DNA of 64,000 nucleotides from NCBI GenBank assembly GCA_021778635.1, contig JAJYCD010000002.1, positions 13,970-77,969 of the forward strand. The letters run 5' to 3'. Position 1 is the first letter of the stretch. Every line of letters starts with the position of its first letter. Shown here one piece after another: positions 19,781-28,006 of this stretch. This DNA comes from Actinomycetes bacterium. Its GTDB lineage: Bacteria > Actinomycetota > Actinomycetes > Actinomycetales > Cellulomonadaceae. The notes beneath the pieces were generated by a model that was given only the letters and a program-made list of their open reading frames with translations, was not told the origin of the DNA and made no database searches. A program made the position numbers and the translations under genes.

Positions 19781-22645
19781 TCAGAAGCCGTGCGCCACCC
19801 TGCTGCGCTGCTCCTGAGTCTTGAAGAGCCGGAACCGCGGCAGGAACTTGTCCCAGTCGATCAGGTGGGAGTCGATCTCCGGACCGTCGATGCACGCGTG
19901 CTTGCGGATCAGCTTGCCGTCGATGACCACCGGAACCATGCACGCTCCGCACATCCCGGTGGCGTCGACCATGATCGAGTTCAGACTGGCGACGCAGGGG
20001 ACGCCGTACGGTTTCGTCAGGTCGCTCACCGCTCGCATCATGAGCGGTGGGCCGATCGTGATGACCTCGGCGACGGTTCTGCCCTCGCCACGCTTGTTCG
20101 CCTCGAGTAGCTCTTCCAGCGGACCGGTCACGAACCCCGGGACGCCGAACGAACCGTCGTTCGTGGTGTAGATGATCTCGAGCTGGTCGCCGTACTGCGA
20201 CTCGATCCGGCCGACCCGCTCGTCCTCACCGGTCCAGAACATCAGGTCGCCGCTGCGGAACCCCGCGATCAGGGTGACGTGGTTCCCGGTCTCGAGATGT
20301 TTGCGCATGATCGGGAACACCGGTGGGAGCCCGAGGCCGCCCGCGGTGAACACCACCGTCGAGTCGTCCGGATACCGGTGCACGTCGCTAGGACGCCCGA
20401 GCGGCCCGGCGATCCCGGTGAAGGAGTCACCCGCGACCATCTGGTTGATCTCGAAGCTGCTGGTCCCCATCCCCTGGACCACGAGGCAGATGGTGCCGGC
20501 CTCCGCGTCCCAGTCGGCGAGCGTGAGCGGGATCAGCTCGCCGTCCGGCCGCGGGAGGACCCGGACGAACTGTCCCGCCTGAGCGGCCTGGGAGATGACC
20601 GGCGAGTGCACCGTGAACTCGTGGATGCCGTCGCTGAGCTCCGAGGTTGCGACGACGCGCTGCGCCGTGGACGCCGTGTCGGTGTAGGCCTTGGCGCTGG
20701 CCACCATCGCCGCGATCGTCGACGGGTCGACGTCGATGTTCCCGACGATCTCCCGTGCCGCGGCCTGGCCGTCGCCGGCGGCACGGATCGCCGTCGAACC
20801 TCCGCGAGCCGCGTCCCCCCCGGTGAACACCCCGGCCAGCGTCGTCTCCTGCGAGCCCTGCTCGCTGAGCTCGATCGTGCCCCACTTCGAGGTGTGCAGC
20901 CGTGGCTCCGAGTCCTTGATGATGGGGTTGGCGTCGTTGCCGAGAGCCATGATCACCAGGTCGGCGAGCATGGTCTCGGTCTTCCCGGTGGCCGCGGGTC
21001 GGCGTCGCCCGGACTCGTCCGGCTCACCGAGCTCCATCACGTCCAGGGTCGTGGCGGTGACGAATCCCGTCTCGAGGTCCCCGAGGAACTCCGACGGACC
21101 GCGCAGCACCTTGAGGTGGATCCCCTCCTCGAGTGCGTGGTGCAGCTCCTCGACGCGCGCGGGCATCTCCGCCTGGGTGCGCCGATAGACGATCGTCACG
21201 TCACCCCCGAGTCGTCGGGCCGTCCGGGCCGCGTCCATCGCGGTGTTGCCACCACCGATGACGATGACCTGCTTGCCTTCGGTGTCCGGCAGCGGGGTCT
21301 CGTAGTCGGCACGCAACCCCTGCATGAGGTTGACGCGCGTGAGGAACTCGTTGGCCGACATCACGTTGAGCAGGTGTTCCCCCGGCACGTTCATGAACCG
21401 GGGAAGACCGGCACCGGATCCGACGAAGATCCGCCAGAAGCCCGCGTCGCGCAGGTCCTGGAGCGATGCTGTCTTGCCGACGACGAAGTTCGAGACGAAC
21501 CGGCCACCGAGGAGCGTGATCTTGTTGACCACGTCGTCGATGAGGTCGTTCGGGAGCCGGAACTCCGGGATGCCGTATCGCAGCACCCCGCCGAGGGCGT
21601 GGAACGCTTCGAAGACCGTCACCGGGAAGCCCTCGGCGGCAAGGAGGTACGCATTGATCAGGCCGGAGGGTCCCGAACCGACGATCGCCACCGGCGGGCG
21701 CTCCGCGCGATCCCACGGGTCGGGGATCTCCGCGAACCGTGCCGTGATCGAGTCAGGGTTGACCAGCTTCTCCCGCTGCGGAAGGAACCACTCGACCTGA
21801 CCGATCTGAATCGGGTTGTCCTTGTGCAGGCAGACGCCCTGGCACTGCAGCTCCTGCGGGCACACCCGGCCGGTGACGTCGGGCAACGGGTTGCTGCCCT
21901 CGATCAGCTCCAGCGCGTCCTGGAACCGACCGTTGCCGATCAGCTCGAGGATCTGCGGGATGTGGATCTTCACCGGGCAGCCGCCCTTGGGCTCGCGGTG
22001 GTTCGCGAGGAAGATCCCGAGCTCGCACGGCTTCTCGGCACACTGCTTGTCTCGCAGCGCCTCGAGCCAGACGAACAGGTCGATGTCCTCGCGGCTGTAG
22101 CCGAGCGACATGTAGCCGAGGTAGCCCTGGTTGACCAGACCGAAATCCTTCGAACGCGACTCGGCGTCACGCACGTAGGGCGGGATGCTGGTGCTAGCCG
22201 GCCACCCGTCCGACAGCCCGTCGAACATCGGGTAGCGGTCCGAGAGGTGCGCGTCGATCGCTCGGATGAACAGCCGCTTCTTGCCCAGCGGAAGGTTCCA
22301 CAGGAACCGCATGAGCACGGTGCTCGCGTCGTCGCCGCGTCGCAGCATGGACCACAGCACGCGGGTGAACTCCGGCCCGAGCTCGGGCTGGGTGAACTCC
22401 CACGCGACCGCCGACATGCCGTCGGAGATGAACAGCTCGCGGAACGTCTGCGGCTCGGCGAGGAGCCGACGCCGCAGGAGCTCCATCTGGCGGTTGTACT
22501 CGGCAACTCCGGAGGACTGCTCCAGCTCGGCGACCTCGGCGCTGCTGGACTGCAGCGCCGACGAGGCGTCGAGGTACCGGAGCAGATCGTCTCGACCCGA
22601 CTCGGTGGTCGACGTCGACCCGACGGGGGGCAGGATGTTCGTCAC
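19781..22645 (-). CDS. fusion oxidoreductase: unknown N-domain + GltD/NfnB-like (2x[4Fe-4S], FAD, NAD(P)H) + NfnA/PyrK-like (FAD/NAD(P), [2Fe-2S])
   Basis: 954 aa. The GTG at 22645 overlaps the PFOR stop (GTGA). Motifs: GCPVKIHIP, GRVCPQELQCQGVC, VAIVGSGPSGL and VIVIGGGNTAMD. The C-terminal third has FTAGGLGLPP and MVDATGMCGACMVPV...HACIDGP. Confidence 0.85.
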   Translation of the reverse strand: MTNILPPVGSTSTTESGRDDLLRYLDASSALQSSSAEVAELEQSSGVAEYNRQMELLRRRLLAEPQTFRELFISDGMSAVAWEFTQPELGPEFTRVLWSMLRRGDDASTVLMRFLWNLPLGKKRLFIRAIDAHLSDRYPMFDGLSDGWPASTSIPPYVRDAESRSKDFGLVNQGYLGYMSLGYSREDIDLFVWLEALRDKQCAEKPCELGIFLANHREPKGGCPVKIHIPQILELIGNGRFQDALELIEGSNPLPDVTGRVCPQELQCQGVCLHKDNPIQIGQVEWFLPQREKLVNPDSITARFAEIPDPWDRAERPPVAIVGSGPSGLINAYLLAAEGFPVTVFEAFHALGGVLRYGIPEFRLPNDLIDDVVNKITLLGGRFVSNFVVGKTASLQDLRDAGFWRIFVGSGAGLPRFMNVPGEHLLNVMSANEFLTRVNLMQGLRADYETPLPDTEGKQVIVIGGGNTAMDAARTARRLGGDVTIVYRRTQAEMPARVEELHHALEEGIHLKVLRGPSEFLGDLETGFVTATTLDVMELGEPDESGRRRPAATGKTETMLADLVIMALGNDANPIIKDSEPRLHTSKWGTIELSEQGSQETTLAGVFTGGDAARGGSTAIRAAGDGQAAAREIVGNIDVDPSTIAAMVASAKAYTDTASTAQRVVATSELSDGIHEFTVHSPVISQAAQAGQFVRVLPRPDGELIPLTLADWDAEAGTICLVVQGMGTSSFEINQMVAGDSFTGIAGPLGRPSDVHRYPDDSTVVFTAGGLGLPPVFPIMRKHLETGNHVTLIAGFRSGDLMFWTGEDERVGRIESQYGDQLEIIYTTNDGSFGVPGFVTGPLEELLEANKRGEGRTVAEVITIGPPLMMRAVSDLTKPYGVPCVASLNSIMVDATGMCGACMVPVVIDGKLIRKHACIDGPEIDSHLIDWDKFLPRFRLFKTQEQRSRVAHGF

Positions 22646-25600
22646 TGGATGATCTCCGCGTCGCAGGTGGCCTTGACCCGTGCGATCCGAGCCGACAGCT
22701 CAGGAGTGATCTCGACCTTCTCCAGAGCGCCCGGGATCATCCTGGCGACGACCGTGGCCTTGCCGTCGATGATCGTCGTGGTCTTCTCGAACAGCTGGGG
22801 CAGCTCCTGGTAGCACGTGCCGCAATCGGTGCACCTGGTCTGGTCGGCCGGATCGAGCCACACCGCTCGATCCGCCACCGCGACGGCGGAGGACTGCGGT
22901 TCCGCGGCCACCGCCGTGCCGTTCGACCCTGCGATCCCGACCGACACCCGGGTACCGAGCCCGGCAGGCGCCCGACTCGAGGTCGCCAGCTCGGACATCG
23001 CCCTCGCGATGTCGTCGAGCGAGCTCTCCTTGGCCCGCGTTGCTGCGTCGTACTTCGCCTGCAGCTCCGCGATGTCGTCCCGGTGCAGCGCCGTCAGCGT
23101 GGCTTCGTGGCCGCCGGACAGGTACTGCAGGATCTCCCAGTGCCGCATCCGGTCCTCGACCAGCGCGACCACCTGGTGCGAGCAGGCCACCTTGATCAGG
23201 CGCCGGTCGTCGTCGGTCGCGTACACGAACGGGATCTTGTCCGTCCGGGCCGCGACGTCCAGGGAGACGTACTCGTCGATCGGCAGTGCCGTCGCTTCCT
23301 GCGCCGGTGTCAGGCGTCGGAACTGCTTCTTGAACCGGGTCTCGCCGAGCGCGAACTCCGCAGGGGTGAGCGGCGTGGTCATCAGCTGCACCTGACCGGA
23401 CTCGTCCAGGTACTCCAGCGTGCTCGTCGTCCACCGCTTGTCCGGGTCGGGGTTGCCCTCGAGCGAGAACCAGTCGTGCAACGTCGTCCCGCGCCTCGGG
23501 TCGTGCACGAACAGCGGACTCATGCGCGACTCGACCGAGAGCCGCGACCGTGCGGCCGAGGCCGCCTCCGCGATGCCGTTCTCCGAACCGCACGGCGTGT
23601 ACACGTCCATCAGGGCGGGCGCGCCGTCGTAGCTCAGGTAGTCCATGGTGCACTTGAGGAAGTGACCGTGCATCGCGGTGCTCGTCTGCGCCACGTAGAC
23701 GTTCGGGTGGAACGACGCCAGCAGACCGAGCTCCTTGCGGAACTCGTGCTTGCCGTCATGCGCTCCGCCGAACCGTGAGAGGTCGGAGTCCTGACCCGTG
23801 AAGCTCGCGGTCGACGCCTGGCCGCCGGTGTTGGAGTACGCACCGGAGTTGAGCACCATCACCTTGATCGGGGTCTCGCTCGCCAGCACCCGGCTCATCG
23901 CGCCGAAGCCGATGTCGTAGCTCGCACCGTCACCGCCGATCGTGAGGATGGTCGGCATCAGAGCGAGCTCGTCGTGGGTCATCCGCTCCCACGTCAGCCG
24001 CTGCATCGCCTTGTCGTGACGGGCGGGGTCATAGGCGTCGTCCAGCTCGAGACGCGCGGTCCGCATGTTCCGCACCTCCCCGACGAGCTCGGCCGCGACG
24101 CCTTCGAAGATGCCCTTCGCCAGCGGTTGAGCGTCCTGGAACAGGCTGTTGACCCATGGGTCGACGTAGTTGTTGAACGGCATCGTCGACGCGTACACGC
24201 TCGAGCACCCGGTGGAGTTCGCCACGATCATCGGCGCGGGGCCGTCGCCCGTGGGTCCGCTCTCCACCAGGTACAGCCGGCGCTCGAGAGCGTCGAGCAC
24301 GGCCTGGACCCGTGCCTGCCGCTCCGGGTCGGCGGCCAGCGCGACCACCTTCTCCTGGAGGCGTCCGACGACGTCCTCCAGCTCGCGCAGGTGGGCGACC
24401 CTCTTCTCCTCGCCGAGGGCATGGCCCATGGACATCACGAGCCGGATCGCGGTGACCTCACCGCAGCCACGGCACGCGCCGTGCCCGCCGGTCGTCGCGT
24501 AGTAGTTGTCGTGGTCGAGCAGGAGTCGCTTGAGATCGCCCTCGGGAGAGGTCGATCCCTCGTAGAACCGCTTCGGGGTGTTCGGGAGCTGCGACAGCAG
24601 CTCGAACCGGTCCTGAAGGGTCTCGAGAACCGTGTCGTCCTGGTCCATCGGAGTCAGCGCACCGGGGCCGCAGACCTCGGTGCACTCGAGGCAGCCCGTG
24701 CACTTCCACGGGTCGATCGTCGCGGTGAAGAGTCCGCCGCTTCCCGGTACCGACTTCTCCATCGCGTCGAAGTAGGGCCGCGTCCGGGCGACGGGGAAGG
24801 CGGCCAGAGCCTCGACGAGAGCACCGAGGCTCCGGGTGAAGACAGGGCTCTCCACCGACAACCCGGCACCGACCTGCGCCACCAGGTCGTGGAACGCCAC
24901 CTCCGACTTCTCGGCACGGTAGCGCTCGCGGACGCCCTCGGAGAGTGGGTAGACCTGTGCGCGCAGTGCGGCGCGCTGCGCCTCCGGCAGCTCGAGCCGG
25001 TCGATCGTCGTGAGCAGCAGGGCGTGCAGGTCGTGCACCGTGTTCGGGATCGCAGCGTCCGGGCAGACCAGAGCGCACTCGAGACAACCGGTGCACAGGT
25101 CCGCGTTGAAGCTCGGCACGGTGCGACGGAACAGACCCTTGTCCTTGCCACCCGCAGATCCGGGAGGCATGAACAGACCGATCCCCGGCATGACCGGAGC
25201 GTCGCCGATCGTCCCCTCGCGGAACGGCCGCGCCACGATGTCCTCGTAGTAGCCCGGGTCGAAGAGCCCGCTCGCACTTCCGGCACTCGCGCTCACACAC
25301 ATGTCCCCTGACACCGAGACCGGCAGGGTCCTGCGCAGCTGGACGCTCGAGGCGTCGATCGCCACCAGCTCGGGGTCGTCGTAGTCGACCTTCGTGACGG
25401 CCTCGATGCCCTCGCGGATGACCGCCATGTTGCCCTCGACGACGGCCTCGCCCTTGCTTCCGAACTTCTTGACGATCTGCGTGCGGACCTTCTCGAGGAT
25501 GACGTCCCGGTCGGCGCCCTTCGACACCCGGTCGACATGGCCGGCGACCACGCCGATGAACGCGATGCCCATCATCCGCGTCTCGAGCTCGGGCTTCGGC

Positions 25601-27639
25601 GCGTGCTTCTTCGCCACGCTGAAGGCGTCGACGACGAGGAAGCGGATATGGCGCTCACGGATGGCAGTGCGCGCGTACTTCGGAAGCTGACGCCACACGT
25701 CGGCGGCCGGCAGGTCAGACTGGAGGATCAGCGTGCCTCCCTCGACCAGTCCCTTGAGCGGGTTGGTGTGCACGAACGCCTTGTGATCGGGGCAGAGCAC
25801 GACCTCGACGTCCTCGAGTTCGGCGTTGGTGATGAGCACCGGCTCAGGACTCAGGGTGATGTAGTAGTTCGTCGGCGCGCCGCTCTTCTCCGAGCCGTAC
25901 TTCGGCGCGGACTTGGAGTGCATACCGAGCACACCGGCGAGGATGTCGGTAAGCAGCTTGCCGGTCGCGATGGTGCCGTAACCGCCGACCGAGTGGAACC
26001 GGATCCGCATGGCGCTCTCGGGGAGCAGCTGGGGGTTCGGCTTCGTCTCGAGGGCCATGTGCGCGGTGTCGGGGTACGCGGCTCGCAGCCGATCCTCGAT
26101 CTCCGCCATCTGCGGCGTCGGGTGCTTGCTGAAGAACTGGGAGCCGAGGTAGATCAGCGGTGCGCTCTTGCCGTCGATCATGTGCTCGAACGCCGCGATC
26201 AGGTCGCGCGGCTGCACGTCGTGGCCGCCGAGGCCGAAGATCGCGGTGGTGAGCAGCGGCATGGCGCTCAGCGGCGGAACGGCGTGCGCGGCGCCGTCCG
26301 CGTTGGCGCGCGCCTTGAACAGTGCGGTGGTCACGAAGGTCGTGAGCGACGTCTGGTCGGACCGCTCCAGCACGGTCACGGCCTTCTTGCCCGCCAGGGC
26401 CGCGACGAGCTCGGCCTCCGGGAACGGCTGCAGGAGCTTCACCGACACCACGCCGACCTTGTGCCCCTGCGCACGCAGGTACGGCACCACGGCGCGGACG
26501 TCGTCCGTGATCGAGCCGAGGCCGACCATGACGTAGTCGGCGTCCTCGATGTCGTAGGTGTGCAGCGGGCTGTACTCGCGACCCGTCAGCTCGCTGTACT
26601 CGGCCATCGCCTGACGCGCGAGCCTCGGCACCTCGCTCGCGAAGTGGGTCCGGTGGTCGACCGCGCCGGCCTGGAAGTCGGGCTGGTTCTGCACGGGTCC
26701 GGTCAGACCGGGGTTGTGCACGTCCACCAGGGCCGGGACCATCTGCCGGGTGCCCTTGGCAGGGGCGTTCACCCACTGGCGACGCCAGGGCGCGTGCAGC
26801 TCGACCGGAAGCCATGCGAGAGTCTCGCCCACCAGCGCGGCGGCCTCGTCGGCCTCGATCGCGTCGGCGTTCGCGCGGAGGAAGGTCGTCACGGCCTCAC
26901 GAGCGGCCTCGACGAGGTCGTCCTTGTGGCGGTCGAGGTAGGCGCTGAGCTGCGCGACGCGTCCCTTGGCGCCGAACAGCACCTCCTGCGCAACCGTCGG
27001 AGCCGGGATCCGACCGGCAGGGTCACCCAGATACGTGCGCAGCAGATCCGCCTCGGGAAGCAGCATCTCGCTGAGCATGTGGCTCGTGGAGAACCCGTCC
27101 ATCGCGTTGGTGACCGGGATCAGCGACAACGCGGACGTGCGGTAGGAGATCGCCGCGAGGTCGGCCGCCTCCTGCGGGTTGGACCCGAAGAACACGGTGT
27201 ACCCCGACGGCAGCAGGGCGTAGACGTCGTCGTGCCCGGCCATCACGTTGAGTGAGTGCTTGGACACCACGCGGGCGGCGACCTGGAGGACGAAACCACC
27301 GATCTTCTTGCCGACCGTCACGAAGTGCGACTCGAGCGCGTACAGGATCCCCTGGCTCGACGAGGCGTTCGAGACGAACTGCCCGCCGGTCAGAGCTGCG
27401 CCGAGCGCGCCGCTCTGCGCGGAGTGCTCACCCTCGGCCTCGAAGAAGAACGGGTGCTTGCCCCAGACGTTGACGCTTCCCTCGGCCCGTGCGGCCTCGA
27501 AGAGCTCGGAGATCTCCGTGGACGGTGTGATCGGGTACCCGATCACGCCCCCGCACACGTGTCGCATGACATGAGCCACAGCGCCATTGCCGTTGATGAC
27601 GGCGGGAACGCCGGGGAACCGCGGTTGCTGAGAGGTCAT
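22642..27639 (-). CDS. giant pyruvate/2-oxoacid:ferredoxin oxidoreductase (PFOR/NifJ family) with a C-terminal ferredoxin-like extension
   Basis: 1665 aa. Motifs: GYPITPSTEISE (domain I), GGYGTIATGKLL (gamma domain), CTGCLECALVCPDAAIP plus CTGCLECTEVCGPGAL (2x[4Fe-4S]), CRGCGE, and the TPP motif GGDGASYDIGFGAMS...NSGAYSNTGGQ. An extra tail ends CTDCGTCYQELP...ATCDAEIIQ. Confidence 0.9.
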   Translation of the reverse strand: MTSQQPRFPGVPAVINGNGAVAHVMRHVCGGVIGYPITPSTEISELFEAARAEGSVNVWGKHPFFFEAEGEHSAQSGALGAALTGGQFVSNASSSQGILYALESHFVTVGKKIGGFVLQVAARVVSKHSLNVMAGHDDVYALLPSGYTVFFGSNPQEAADLAAISYRTSALSLIPVTNAMDGFSTSHMLSEMLLPEADLLRTYLGDPAGRIPAPTVAQEVLFGAKGRVAQLSAYLDRHKDDLVEAAREAVTTFLRANADAIEADEAAALVGETLAWLPVELHAPWRRQWVNAPAKGTRQMVPALVDVHNPGLTGPVQNQPDFQAGAVDHRTHFASEVPRLARQAMAEYSELTGREYSPLHTYDIEDADYVMVGLGSITDDVRAVVPYLRAQGHKVGVVSVKLLQPFPEAELVAALAGKKAVTVLERSDQTSLTTFVTTALFKARANADGAAHAVPPLSAMPLLTTAIFGLGGHDVQPRDLIAAFEHMIDGKSAPLIYLGSQFFSKHPTPQMAEIEDRLRAAYPDTAHMALETKPNPQLLPESAMRIRFHSVGGYGTIATGKLLTDILAGVLGMHSKSAPKYGSEKSGAPTNYYITLSPEPVLITNAELEDVEVVLCPDHKAFVHTNPLKGLVEGGTLILQSDLPAADVWRQLPKYARTAIRERHIRFLVVDAFSVAKKHAPKPELETRMMGIAFIGVVAGHVDRVSKGADRDVILEKVRTQIVKKFGSKGEAVVEGNMAVIREGIEAVTKVDYDDPELVAIDASSVQLRRTLPVSVSGDMCVSASAGSASGLFDPGYYEDIVARPFREGTIGDAPVMPGIGLFMPPGSAGGKDKGLFRRTVPSFNADLCTGCLECALVCPDAAIPNTVHDLHALLLTTIDRLELPEAQRAALRAQVYPLSEGVRERYRAEKSEVAFHDLVAQVGAGLSVESPVFTRSLGALVEALAAFPVARTRPYFDAMEKSVPGSGGLFTATIDPWKCTGCLECTEVCGPGALTPMDQDDTVLETLQDRFELLSQLPNTPKRFYEGSTSPEGDLKRLLLDHDNYYATTGGHGACRGCGEVTAIRLVMSMGHALGEEKRVAHLRELEDVVGRLQEKVVALAADPERQARVQAVLDALERRLYLVESGPTGDGPAPMIVANSTGCSSVYASTMPFNNYVDPWVNSLFQDAQPLAKGIFEGVAAELVGEVRNMRTARLELDDAYDPARHDKAMQRLTWERMTHDELALMPTILTIGGDGASYDIGFGAMSRVLASETPIKVMVLNSGAYSNTGGQASTASFTGQDSDLSRFGGAHDGKHEFRKELGLLASFHPNVYVAQTSTAMHGHFLKCTMDYLSYDGAPALMDVYTPCGSENGIAEAASAARSRLSVESRMSPLFVHDPRRGTTLHDWFSLEGNPDPDKRWTTSTLEYLDESGQVQLMTTPLTPAEFALGETRFKKQFRRLTPAQEATALPIDEYVSLDVAARTDKIPFVYATDDDRRLIKVACSHQVVALVEDRMRHWEILQYLSGGHEATLTALHRDDIAELQAKYDAATRAKESSLDDIARAMSELATSSRAPAGLGTRVSVGIAGSNGTAVAAEPQSSAVAVADRAVWLDPADQTRCTDCGTCYQELPQLFEKTTTIIDGKATVVARMIPGALEKVEITPELSARIARVKATCDAEIIQ

Positions 27640-28006
27640 CGTGCCTGTCCCGAGGTGTGAGCGAATACCGGTCGACGGCAGAGGGTCAGCGGTGACCCGT
27701 CGCGGCGGCGGTGGCCGTCGTGGCGGTGGAGGTGCTTCAACGCGAACCCCAGGCCTTGTCCCGCCAGGCTAGGTCCGTATTTGACACTGCATCTGGGACC
27801 TATCGGCCCCCCTCGGCATGGTTTCGGATCACTCCTGACGGAACTGGTGCCGGGCCGTCGGCGTGTCCCGACGTCCTCGGTCGATGCCGTGTGCGCTCGG
27901 CGCCGACCGCCCGGTTCGCGCCGCGAGAGGCGGCGATCCGCCGCCCAGATCGGCGGCCCGCGCGTCTACCCTCGAGAGCCCGCGCGAGAGGACCGGAGAC
28001 AGACAA

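Noticed and set aside
20279-22813. 844-aa plus-strand ORF, with 23974..25311 and 25537..27255, overlapping the Nfn-like and PFOR genes.
   Set aside because: They are antisense to genes with unambiguous cofactor motifs. Their composition is dominated by R/G/D/V/E repeats and no recognisable domains are present.
27781-27806. TTGACA (27781-27786) followed by TATCGG, considered as a possible sigma-70-type promoter for the DUF2079 gene.
   Set aside because: The spacer between the hexamers is only 14 nt, and no acceptable -10 sits at 16-19 nt. The element is also about 220 nt from the start codon, so it is not supportable as a promoter call.
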